A DNA stretch of 37,824 nt from an uncultured Gammaproteobacteria bacterium (GTDB lineage: Bacteria; Patescibacteriota; Patescibacteriia; 2-01-FULL-39-33). The notes beneath the pieces were generated by a model. It saw only the letters and a program-made list of their open reading frames with translations. It ran no database searches and was not told the DNA's origin. Every line of letters starts with the position of its first letter. Positions within the stretch are counted from its first letter, which is position 1. The stretch spans positions 16,626 to 54,449 of the forward strand of contig CAZSPT010000001.1 of NCBI GenBank assembly GCA_964608895.1, in the 5' to 3' direction. Made by a program: the position numbers and the translations under genes. Shown here in pieces: positions 26,762 to 35,456 of the stretch.

Positions 26762-28732
26762 CTAAAAATTGACTAAATAACAACGGTCTTCTTTAAGGTC
26801 GGACTGCCAACCAAGAATTTTATTTTCTGCCGTAATCGGCGGCCGGTAGCTGGAATAGGATTTTACCCGCTGGTTGAATTTTAAGACTATCTTGAGATTA
26901 TGTCCAGCGGAACCCGGCTGTTTTTGAACACAAAAATTATACACCCCCCGGCGGTACTGTTCGGCAATTCTTTCCGGCAACCGATATTCCAAAACAACCG
27001 TCTTTTCCCGACCCGGCTTAACGGTAAAGAAAAACCCAAGATATTTCTTTCCAAACTCTTCTTTAATATCAACTTCTTCAGGAATTCCCAGCTCAACCAA
27101 ATGGTCGTTCTGACGGAGACCCGCTTTCAAAAACCAACTTTCTTTAGGAACATAAACCCGAAGATAATTGCGGTATTCAGTGATTAAATCTTTCAAATAC
27201 TCGCCTTGATGAAGATAATTTATCTCCAGCCGGGCCGTCAGCCGACCGCTGTCATCGGCGGTTAACTGATAACTGAAAGACTTCTCCATTACTGAATTGG
27301 TTTTTAAGGAGGCAAAGTTGCTGTCAACCGCCAAAAAATAATCACCAACAGCCGTCTGAAGCTCGCCCGACCAATTTTTCTGACTGAAATAACGCTGAAG
27401 CTCGGGAGCGGTCAAATAAACAAGAATCTGCTTCTGGTCAATATTATTTTTGAAAGCCAGCCAAAACGAAAGAATTTTTTCCGGCGGCAGATGATAAACT
27501 TTTTTCATTAATTTTTCGGTCAGCTCTCCGATAATCGCCTTTCGCTGATGAACCGGAATTCCATAATCAGCATAATCAAACTCAACAAATTGCTCCAAAT
27601 CCATCGCAAAATTATCAGCCTGAAAAACAACTCCCCGGGCTTCCAGCGGTCCGACTACTTCCAAAAGATTGGCGATAAAATCGGGAGTCAAAGCAATTAC
27701 TCCGTCAAAATCAATTTTAGTCAGTCCGGCCGCTTCCCGCTCTTGATTAAAAAACCAGAGGATTTTTTCGGCCGCCGTCGGCCAATCCGGTGACCAATTG
27801 GCGTCCCGAAGATACCAGTTTCGCTGGTTGTTGTAGCGCCAAAACGGTTCAGGAGCGGTTATCGCCAGCTTACCCTCGGCCAAACGGTCAAGGTTGTAAA
27901 CATCATTAGTTTTAATTTTAACAATCTTACCATTTCTAACGGTGATAATCCCATAGCTGCCAATAAAACCGCCGGTCGGCCGAAGCTCCATATTATTCTG
28001 AAAAATCAAAAGATATTTTTTTTCTCCGCCAACCGCTCCGAGCTCCGGCAGATTGGCGAGAATTGGGATGGCGGTTTCGGTTCCGGTAATCGTTTCATCC
28101 AAAAACTGATAAAGAAAAACCAGCTTAGACTGAAAAATTCCGGAAAAATCGCTTGTTTTAATTTCAATAAAATCCTCTTTTGCCCGGTTGATTTCTCCGG
28201 AAACCTTTTGAAAAGATTCTTTTTCTTCTTGAAGAGCTTTTAAAAACTCCAGCCGATGCTCGGGACTTTCAAAACTCAAGGCCATTTCCTTTGCCTGAAA
28301 ATGCCCCTGAAGCCCTTCAATAATCAAAAAAACTTCCTGATAACCGGTAACAATGTCTTGAGAAACAAGCAACAGCTGGTCAAGGCCGGTTAAATTCCGC
28401 TTAATTGGAGGAAGATAGCCGAGCGGACCAAGCCAATCCAACCGGCGCCTGATTTTACCAAGCTGGCCGTTCAACCCTTCAAGCTCTTGCCGAGCGGTCG
28501 GCCAGTCTCCCCGGCGGCCGGCTTCAACGACTATTTCGGCCTTCCCGGTCATTTTAAAAAAACCGGCCGCTATTCCCAAACCGGCAAAAACCGCCGGCAG
28601 AATAATCACCGCCAAAAAAATTATCCCGGCGGCCAAAATTATCCTGCCAACCGGCCGACCGGGTTTTTTTAACCGACAACAGACTAAGAAGCGCTCAAAC
28701 AACCTTTTTAAAGGAAGTAACTTTGAAATCAT
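26762..28732 (-). CDS. DUF4012 domain-containing membrane protein
   Basis: 656 aa. N-terminal TM (IILAAGIIFLAVIILPAVFAGLGIAAGFF), a helical linker and the DUF4012 core (YLLIFQNNMELRPTGGFIGSYGIITV; LRDANWSPDWPTAA; FDGVIALTPDFI). The track start overlaps the upstream GT2 by 38 nt. Confidence 0.88.
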   Translation of the reverse strand: MISKLLPLKRLFERFLVCCRLKKPGRPVGRIILAAGIIFLAVIILPAVFAGLGIAAGFFKMTGKAEIVVEAGRRGDWPTARQELEGLNGQLGKIRRRLDWLGPLGYLPPIKRNLTGLDQLLLVSQDIVTGYQEVFLIIEGLQGHFQAKEMALSFESPEHRLEFLKALQEEKESFQKVSGEINRAKEDFIEIKTSDFSGIFQSKLVFLYQFLDETITGTETAIPILANLPELGAVGGEKKYLLIFQNNMELRPTGGFIGSYGIITVRNGKIVKIKTNDVYNLDRLAEGKLAITAPEPFWRYNNQRNWYLRDANWSPDWPTAAEKILWFFNQEREAAGLTKIDFDGVIALTPDFIANLLEVVGPLEARGVVFQADNFAMDLEQFVEFDYADYGIPVHQRKAIIGELTEKLMKKVYHLPPEKILSFWLAFKNNIDQKQILVYLTAPELQRYFSQKNWSGELQTAVGDYFLAVDSNFASLKTNSVMEKSFSYQLTADDSGRLTARLEINYLHQGEYLKDLITEYRNYLRVYVPKESWFLKAGLRQNDHLVELGIPEEVDIKEEFGKKYLGFFFTVKPGREKTVVLEYRLPERIAEQYRRGVYNFCVQKQPGSAGHNLKIVLKFNQRVKSYSSYRPPITAENKILGWQSDLKEDRCYLVNF

Positions 28733-29507
28733 TTTTTTTGGAATATTTTTTAAGATATTTTAACCAATCAGAAATATGAATCCAGAAAATTTTGGAAAAA
28801 ATTCCGCTCTGAGCCGATTGCCGCTGGTGATAGTGGACAATTTCAGCGTCAACAAAGTAATAGACCTGGCAACCAAGCCGCCAAAATTTTTGGCACCAAG
28901 CAATATCTCCAAAATATAAAAACAAATCTTCGTCCATTGAACCGGCCTCTCTAATGACGCTCCGGCGAACCATCGCGAACGCTCCGAGAATCCAATCAAC
29001 TTTTCTGGTTGATTGATGGTCAAAATCTTTCATTAAATAACGGTCAAGCTTTCGCTTAGCGAACGGCAGCCGGCCGAGAAAAGTCCGGCGGTAGATTGGA
29101 ACCAACCGATCCGGAAACCGCAGACAGGAAGATTGAATCGTTCCGTCGGGATTTTTCAGCCGGGGGCCAACCAGAGCGACTTCCGGCCGACTTTCCATAA
29201 ACCAATAAAGCTTGTCAAAAGAATTGTCCAAAACGGCAATATCAGTGTTAAGAATCACTAAATACTTCCCTTGGGAATTCTTAATGCCCAAATTGTTTCC
29301 TTTGTGATGGCCGAGATTTTTTGAAGAAGCAATCAGTTTAACTTCAGGAAACTGTTCTTTAACCAACTCAACCGAACCATCCCGGGAATCATTGTCAACA
29401 ACAATCACTTCAAAATCAACCGAAGGAGGATAAAGGTAAATTCCTTTAAGGCATTGTTTAAGCAATCCCCGGGTTTTATAATTGTTGATAATAATTGAAA
29501 GCTCCAT
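28695..29507 (-). CDS. Glycosyltransferase family 2
   Basis: 270 aa GT-A fold (LSIIINNYKT...VIVVDNDSRDGS...LILNTDI-type DxD region ILNTDIAV). Confidence 0.88.
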   Translation of the reverse strand: MELSIIINNYKTRGLLKQCLKGIYLYPPSVDFEVIVVDNDSRDGSVELVKEQFPEVKLIASSKNLGHHKGNNLGIKNSQGKYLVILNTDIAVLDNSFDKLYWFMESRPEVALVGPRLKNPDGTIQSSCLRFPDRLVPIYRRTFLGRLPFAKRKLDRYLMKDFDHQSTRKVDWILGAFAMVRRSVIREAGSMDEDLFLYFGDIAWCQKFWRLGCQVYYFVDAEIVHYHQRQSAQSGIFSKIFWIHISDWLKYLKKYSKKNDFKVTSFKKVV

Positions 29508-29510
29508 AAA

Positions 29511-30551
29511 TTAGGAAAACCATTTTTCAATTTCTTCCGGCTTAATCCGAGATTTGGCGGAAATCACTCGGCGTTTCTCAAGCATCCGGCCGGCCAGCCG
29601 AGCCCAGTCAGCGGCGGCTTTAAAATTTCCAGGCTCAAAAATCAAGGAATAGCCAAATTTTTTCAGTTCATAACCGAAAATCGGGAAAAACGATTTTAGA
29701 ATATTAGCCGAAAATTCATTTTTAAGCAAGAGAAAAAAATGATTTCGATAAGAAAAATATCGGGCTAAAGCCGACTGTTTTTTCCGAGCCGCCCGAAGCT
29801 CCCGAAATTTTCCGCCGGCCGGAGCGCCGACCGCCCGGCGATGATAAGCAACCGCCTCAGACACCAAAAGCGACCGCCAGCCGAGCCGCCGGACCCGCCA
29901 GGCCAAATCAACATCTTCTTTATAAATAAAAAAATCTTCGTCAAAGTATTCTCCGGCCGGCTGGAAATCGGTTTTTACCAAGCAATCCTCAAGAGCGGTT
30001 CGGCGATAAAGCGCCAAAGCGCCCGAAGGGCCAAAAATCTCTTGGGTTTTTAAAAAATTCCGTCCGCCGTCCCGGCCGGCTCCAAGCTCTACTACCCGCC
30101 GGCTGGCCAAAGGCCGGAGACCGCAGGAGTCAATAATTTCAGTTTTTTTAAATTCATCAAAATCCCCGGCCGCCAGCTCAAGTTTCAAAAGTTTGCCGCT
30201 AAAACCAGCAAACCCGGCAAATTCCGGTGATTCGGCCCGGCTGACCATTTTTTCCAGCCAGTCAGAATTTAAAATAATGTCAGGATTGCAAAAAACAGTG
30301 TAACGGGATTTCAAAAGCCTCAAACCTTGATTATTCGCCTTAGCAAAACCAAAATTTTTCTTATTTTGAAAAACAGTTACTTCAGGATAATTTTTTTTAA
30401 CAAATTCAACTGTTCCGTCCTGGGAATTATTGTCAATGATTAAAACCTGAAAATCCTTGTAAGTCTGATTAAAAATAGACTTAAGGCATTCTGGCAGACA
30501 GCGCCGGTTATTATAGCTGACAATTTGAAAAATTACTTTGGGATAATCCAT
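29511..30551 (-). CDS. Glycosyltransferase family 2
   Basis: 346 aa GT-A fold (FQIVSYNNRRCLPECLKSIFNQTY; VLIIDNNSQDGT; FCNPDIIL; FIYKEDVDLAWR). Confidence 0.88.
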   Translation of the reverse strand: MDYPKVIFQIVSYNNRRCLPECLKSIFNQTYKDFQVLIIDNNSQDGTVEFVKKNYPEVTVFQNKKNFGFAKANNQGLRLLKSRYTVFCNPDIILNSDWLEKMVSRAESPEFAGFAGFSGKLLKLELAAGDFDEFKKTEIIDSCGLRPLASRRVVELGAGRDGGRNFLKTQEIFGPSGALALYRRTALEDCLVKTDFQPAGEYFDEDFFIYKEDVDLAWRVRRLGWRSLLVSEAVAYHRRAVGAPAGGKFRELRAARKKQSALARYFSYRNHFFLLLKNEFSANILKSFFPIFGYELKKFGYSLIFEPGNFKAAADWARLAGRMLEKRRVISAKSRIKPEEIEKWFS

Positions 30552-30554
30552 AAA

Positions 30555-32057
30555 TCAGCGATTAAGCCGTTTCTCGGTCACCCAGAAGCCGAGCCGCCAG
30601 CGGCCGCCGAGCATTAATCTGGTTTGAGCGTCAATTGCCGGAATTGAACCAAAAATTATCATAGTGACCGGGAAAACCGCCCATTGAGCAATCATAATTA
30701 AATAATTATACCAATAATATCCGGCTGGACGGTTTGGGAGCATAAAAGTATAAAAAATCGCGTTGACAACCAGTCCGAACATTCCGATTATCATCAATCT
30801 TTCCAAAGTATAAGGGGCATTTTGAAAAAAAGCGGTCGCTTTTATCTGATCAGAAGCCAACCAAAGCGGCAGCCGGCCAACGACCAGAATCAAAACCGGA
30901 GCAGTCGCCCAGGAATACATTCCTTCAAACTGATTCCAAAGATAACCAAGCCGCTTTTTCAAGGGAATCCGAGAATTTTTCCAGCGGCCGAAAAAATGAT
31001 TCCACATCCAGGGGAAATGTTCCACCCCCCAAGCCCAGCGCCTCATCTGCTTATATTGATTTTTGAAACTTTTCCAAAAAGAGCCGACTTGCACGGTGTC
31101 CATTGACAGAGTGATAAACATCGGAACCACTTGATAATCTCCATCATAGCGGTCAATTCCTTGAAGGCAAATTCGGGAATCTTCAGTGACAATCATCTTG
31201 TCGTGGAAGCCGACGTCAACAAGCATCTGAAAACTCATACTGTGGGAAGAAAAGGTAAGCAGCCGTTCCGGCCGAGACAAGTCGGTTAAAAGCCAAAAAG
31301 TAGTCGCCGAAGCAACGACTCGAATAATTGGGTTGGACTGCCAAATGTTATTATTGTATAAAATCAACGGTTGATAACTCGCTCGAGTCGGCTTAGAATT
31401 GGTTAAATATTTATAAGTCAGGTAAGAAAAATACTGGGGATCGGGCAGAGTTTCAATATCAAAGCAGGAAACGATTATTTTGTCATAAGGAATTTTCCAT
31501 TGATCAACCAGCTGCTTGAGATTTTTTTCCATATGATGGACATTGGAACCTTTTCCGGGAAGCTCGCCCGGCGCCGGAGGGTGGACGGTAATCACTAATT
31601 TAAAAAATTTATCACCATATTTTTCCTCAATTCTCCGGGCAATCTCCCGAAAATTTTTCTCGTCGCGCTGTTCCCCTCCGAGAGCGACAATCATCCGGTC
31701 TTTAGGATAATCGGTTTTTAAGAGCTTCTCAAAAGAACGCTCAATTATTTGATAAGATTCTTGATAGGTCGGATAAGTGACAATGTGGTAATACTGACGA
31801 TAATCTTGTTTAAAATTTTCAAGTTTTTCCAACCAGTTAACTTTTAAAGTTCGGCGGTAGCGAATCCAGGAAAAAATCAGCCAGACCATCATATAAAAAA
31901 TCCGGACAATCCAATAAACGGCGAAAATAATAATAAAATAAATCGCCCAAAGCGGCCGAATCAGAGATAAAACAACGACAATTCCAAAAGTCACCCAAAC
32001 CAGCAGGGCTGGAAAAATTTCAGCCGGACGATTTTTTTCCTGATTAGCATTAGTCAT
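30555..32057 (-). CDS. Membrane-embedded processive family-2 glycan synthase (cellulose/chitin-synthase-like)
   Basis: 500 aa with 2 N-terminal and several C-terminal TM helices flanking a GT2 core. The core has PGKGSN, SCFDIET (DxD-type), VTEDSRI (TED motif) and QMRRWAWG (QxxRW motif). Confidence 0.85.
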   Translation of the reverse strand: MTNANQEKNRPAEIFPALLVWVTFGIVVVLSLIRPLWAIYFIIIFAVYWIVRIFYMMVWLIFSWIRYRRTLKVNWLEKLENFKQDYRQYYHIVTYPTYQESYQIIERSFEKLLKTDYPKDRMIVALGGEQRDEKNFREIARRIEEKYGDKFFKLVITVHPPAPGELPGKGSNVHHMEKNLKQLVDQWKIPYDKIIVSCFDIETLPDPQYFSYLTYKYLTNSKPTRASYQPLILYNNNIWQSNPIIRVVASATTFWLLTDLSRPERLLTFSSHSMSFQMLVDVGFHDKMIVTEDSRICLQGIDRYDGDYQVVPMFITLSMDTVQVGSFWKSFKNQYKQMRRWAWGVEHFPWMWNHFFGRWKNSRIPLKKRLGYLWNQFEGMYSWATAPVLILVVGRLPLWLASDQIKATAFFQNAPYTLERLMIIGMFGLVVNAIFYTFMLPNRPAGYYWYNYLIMIAQWAVFPVTMIIFGSIPAIDAQTRLMLGGRWRLGFWVTEKRLNR

Positions 32058-32067
32058 AGTTGCTTAA

Positions 32068-32096
32068 AAAATAACATTTTTAAAGGAAAAAATCAA
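32068..32096 (-). promoter_or_regulatory. Candidate extended -10 promoter immediately upstream of the synthase gene
   Basis: On the minus strand: TTGATT, a 17-nt spacer ending in TGt, then TATTTT. Only 10 nt separate the -10 from the ATG, and there is no SD. Confidence 0.35.
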
Positions 32097-32100
32097 ATTT

Positions 32101-32128
32101 AAAAATATCCGGTTAACCGGATATTTTT
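32101..32128. terminator. Intrinsic terminator after gpmI (perfect palindrome)
   Basis: aaaaatatccggtt/aaccggatattttt is a fully self-complementary 28-mer with A/T-run flanks. It lies 16 nt after the gpmI stop. Confidence 0.75.
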
Positions 32129-32143
32129 AGCAGTTAAACCTAC

Positions 32144-33730
32144 TTAAATCAAGCTTTTGCCGGTCATCTCGTCCGCCTGCTTTAGATTCATCACTTTTAG
32201 AATAGTTGGAGCGACGTCGGAAAGCAGGCCAACCGGCTGAATCAAACTTAAATCAGAACTTAGCCCTTCAGACAAACCGGCGGTCTTGCCTTCCCATTCC
32301 TTTCCGACAACAATAAACGGAACCGGATAAGTGCTGTGCTCCTTAACCATCTTGCCGGACTGAAGATTAATCAACTCTTCAGCATTGCCATGGTCGGCGG
32401 TTACCAAAGCGATTCCTTCTTTACCGAGAATCGCTTCAACCAGCTGTTTTAAGTAACCGTCAACCGTCTCAACCGCCTTAATTGTCGCTTTAAGGTCGCC
32501 GGTGTGGCCGACCATATCGGGATTGGCAAAATTTAGAACGATTAAATCGTATTTTTCATCCATAATCGCCTTAAAAGTCTTTTTAGTAATCTGCTTGGCC
32601 GACATTTCCGGCTTTTCGGCGTAGGAAGACGCCCGAGGGGAAGGAACCAGAACTCGGTCCTCGTTTTCAAATTGAACCTCTTGACCGCCGTTAAAAAAGA
32701 AAGTGACATGGGCGTATTTTTCGGTTTCGGCGATTCGAAGCTGTTTCAACCCGGCGCCAGCGACAACTTTTCCAAGCGGTTGGTTGATTTCCTGAGGCTT
32801 AAAAGCAATTTCAACCGGCAAATCTCTTTCATATTTAGTCATAGCGACAAAAAACAAATCCTTAAGATATTCATCGCGGGGAAATTTCTCAAATCCGGGT
32901 AAGACAAAAGCTTTGGTGATTTGGCGAGCTCGGTCGGCCCGATAGTTGAAAAATATCAAAGAATCGCCGTTTTCAACCGTCGCCACCGGCTTATTTTTTT
33001 CAGTAATAACCACCGGAACAAATTCCTCGTCATAAACCTTTTTATTGTAGGAAGCCTTAACCGCCTCTTCAGGGTCGGAAAATTTTTCTTCAGACTCCCC
33101 TTTGACCATCGCCCGATAAACCAAAGCGATCCGCTCCCAATGATTATCCCGATCCATGGCATAAAACCGCCCGGACAAACTGGCGATTTTTCCGAATTTC
33201 TGGTCAGCCAGCTTTTTCTGAACTTTTTGGATAAAATCAATTCCAGAATTATAAGGCATATCTCGGCCATCCAGAAAAAGATGAAGAAAAACTTTTTTCA
33301 TCTTTTTTTTGGCGCAAAGTCTCAACAAAGCGTAAAGATGTTCAATTGAACTGTGGACATTGCCGGAAGAGGCCAAACCCATCAAATGAAGAGCGCTTTT
33401 CCGATTTTTCGCCTGTTCAACCGCCTTAACCAGCTTGGGATTTTCAAAAAAGCTTCCTTCAGTAATCGCTTTGTCAATCCGGGGAAGATTTTGATAAATC
33501 AACTTTCCCGAACCAAGATTAAGATGGCCGACTTCGGAATTGCCCATCTCTCCCCAAGACAGCCCAACTGACTCGCCGGAAGCCTGAAGAGTTAAAGTCG
33601 GATATTTTTTAACCAAATCGTCAAAAGTCGGGGTTTTAGCCAAAGCAACCGCGTTACCTTTGGATGGAGGAGCGACTCCCCAGCCGTCCAAAATCAACAG
33701 CGCGACTGGTTTTGGTCTTCGTTTCAACAT
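32144..33730 (-). CDS. gpmI: 2,3-bisphosphoglycerate-independent phosphoglycerate mutase (copy A)
   Basis: 528 aa with all iPGM signatures: LLILDGWG; MGNSEVGHLNLGSG; FLDGRDMP; GRFYAMDRD; FFNYRADRARQ; ETEKYAHVTFFFNGG; NPDMVGHTGD; TADHGNAE; KEHS. Confidence 0.92.
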   Translation of the reverse strand: MLKRRPKPVALLILDGWGVAPPSKGNAVALAKTPTFDDLVKKYPTLTLQASGESVGLSWGEMGNSEVGHLNLGSGKLIYQNLPRIDKAITEGSFFENPKLVKAVEQAKNRKSALHLMGLASSGNVHSSIEHLYALLRLCAKKKMKKVFLHLFLDGRDMPYNSGIDFIQKVQKKLADQKFGKIASLSGRFYAMDRDNHWERIALVYRAMVKGESEEKFSDPEEAVKASYNKKVYDEEFVPVVITEKNKPVATVENGDSLIFFNYRADRARQITKAFVLPGFEKFPRDEYLKDLFFVAMTKYERDLPVEIAFKPQEINQPLGKVVAGAGLKQLRIAETEKYAHVTFFFNGGQEVQFENEDRVLVPSPRASSYAEKPEMSAKQITKKTFKAIMDEKYDLIVLNFANPDMVGHTGDLKATIKAVETVDGYLKQLVEAILGKEGIALVTADHGNAEELINLQSGKMVKEHSTYPVPFIVVGKEWEGKTAGLSEGLSSDLSLIQPVGLLSDVAPTILKVMNLKQADEMTGKSLI

Positions 33731-33836
33731 AATTTCTTATTTCAATTAGATTATTATTAAAATTTCAAGCGTTTTTTGCCAATTAATTTGAATTTAAGCT
33801 TATTTTATTTCCACTACCCAGCCAACCAAAACCCGA

Positions 33837-35414
33837 TTATTTAATCAAACTTTTTTCGGTTATTTCCGGAGCCGAAGCAATTCCAAGGAGATTAAGTACG
33901 GTTGGAGCGACGCCGCCGAGAACTCCGGCCCGGCCGGCCAGCTTATTTTTTTTTGAAATTCCCTTCCCGGCAACAATCAATGGAACTGGATTAGTGGTAT
34001 GTTCAGTAATAATCTCTTTGGTTTTTAAATTAAGCATTGACTCTAAATTGCCATGGTCAGCGGTGATTATCAGACCCGCCTTCTTCCAAAAAATCGCTTT
34101 GGCTAATTTTTTTAAATTTTTGTCAACCGCTTCAGCCGCCTTAATTCCGGCCGCCAAATCGCCGGTATGGCCGACCATATCCGGACCGGCGAAATTAAGA
34201 CAGATAAAATTATAACGGCTTCGGAGCGCTTTTTTTCCTTGAGAAACAATTTTGGCAGTCGCCATTGCCGGAGTTTCGGCATAGGACTTAACTTTTGGCG
34301 AAGGAACATTTACGCGGTCTTCGCCGGCGATCGGATCAGCGTAACCGCCGTTAAAGAAATAAGTGATATGGGCATATTTTTCCTCTTCAGAAATGTAGAT
34401 CTGACGGCAGTCCTCCAGAACGGCCGGTAAAGTTCCTTTTAAATCCCGGGAGGGATAAGCGGTTAATATGCTGTCTAAGTCAGGACCAAAATCAGTCATG
34501 GCGACAAAAACCAACTGAGAATATTTCTTCTTCCGTTTAGGCGCTTTGGGATTCATAACCTCAAATTTCTTCTGGACAAAAGGCTTGGCCAGCTGACGGG
34601 CCCGATCAGATCGGAGATTGAAAAAAATGACTGCGTCGCGGTCGGCGATCCTGGAAATCATCTTGCCTTGATGATAAATAACTACCGGCTCAATGAATTC
34701 ATCAGTGATATTGGCGTTGTAGGCTCGCATAATCGCCTCCTGGGGACTCTTCGCCCGGTGCTCAATTCCGTCGCCGACCATCGCGTTATAAGCCCGAATC
34801 GTTCGGGACCACTCTTTTTTTCGATCCATGGCGTAAAACCGGCCAATTACCGTGGCAATCAACTCATTCGGCTTTAAAGAACGCTCCAAAGCCATTACCG
34901 ACTTAAGAGACGAGCGCGGCGGGGAATCGCGGCCATCGCTAAAAAGATGGAGAAAAACCTTTTTCACTTTCTTTTTCCGAGCCAGACTCAACAAAGCCAA
35001 AAGATGATCAGGGTCGCTGTGGGGACTCTGGCCGTTGGAAAGCATCCCGATTAAATGAAGAGCTGAATTATTTTTTTTGACCCGTTTAATCGCCGCCAAA
35101 AAAGCGGAATTCTTAAAAAAACGTCCATTAGTTATCTCTTGAGAAATTTTAACGACATCTTGATTAACAATCCGCCCGCCGCCAAGATTTTCATGGCCGG
35201 CCTCGGAATTGCCGACCTGATTTTCCGGCAAACCGACCGAGCGGCCACTCGCTCTAAGTTTGACCCAAGGATATTTCCGATAAAAAGAATCAAGAAAAGG
35301 AGTTTTGGCTAAATGAATCGGATTACCGCGGTTCGGCCGGCCAAGCCCCCAGCCGTCCAAAATCAGCAAAACTACCTGATTAAATTTGGGAAAATTGTCT
35401 TTTTTTTCAGTCAT
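33837..35414 (-). CDS. gpmI: 2,3-bisphosphoglycerate-independent phosphoglycerate mutase paralogue (copy B)
   Basis: 525 aa with the same motif set, though diverged: LLILDGWG; VGNSEAGHENLGGG; FSDGRDSP; GRFYAMDRK; FFNLRSDRARQ; EEEKYAHITYFFNGG; GPDMVGHTGD; TADHGNLE; TEHT. Confidence 0.88.
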   Translation of the reverse strand: MTEKKDNFPKFNQVVLLILDGWGLGRPNRGNPIHLAKTPFLDSFYRKYPWVKLRASGRSVGLPENQVGNSEAGHENLGGGRIVNQDVVKISQEITNGRFFKNSAFLAAIKRVKKNNSALHLIGMLSNGQSPHSDPDHLLALLSLARKKKVKKVFLHLFSDGRDSPPRSSLKSVMALERSLKPNELIATVIGRFYAMDRKKEWSRTIRAYNAMVGDGIEHRAKSPQEAIMRAYNANITDEFIEPVVIYHQGKMISRIADRDAVIFFNLRSDRARQLAKPFVQKKFEVMNPKAPKRKKKYSQLVFVAMTDFGPDLDSILTAYPSRDLKGTLPAVLEDCRQIYISEEEKYAHITYFFNGGYADPIAGEDRVNVPSPKVKSYAETPAMATAKIVSQGKKALRSRYNFICLNFAGPDMVGHTGDLAAGIKAAEAVDKNLKKLAKAIFWKKAGLIITADHGNLESMLNLKTKEIITEHTTNPVPLIVAGKGISKKNKLAGRAGVLGGVAPTVLNLLGIASAPEITEKSLIK

Positions 35415-35427
35415 AAAACTTCGTTTT

Positions 35428-35456
35428 ATTATAGCAAAAAATCCAATATTTGTCTT
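35428..35456 (-). promoter_or_regulatory. Candidate extended -10 promoter in front of gpmI copy B
   Basis: On the minus strand: AAGACA, a 17-nt spacer ending in TGc, then TATAAT (a perfect -10). Only 13 nt separate the -10 from the ATG, and there is no SD. Confidence 0.35.

Noticed and set aside
33731-33836. Promoter between the two gpmI copies (TTGGCA-17-TAATAA on the minus strand)
   Set aside because: The hexamers are weak and the region is generally AT-rich, so many such matches occur. This is not enough to call a feature.
32144-35414. The two gpmI genes as an assembly duplication artefact
   Set aside because: The copies differ at most nucleotide positions and in length and loops, so they are genuine old paralogues rather than a collapsed or expanded repeat.
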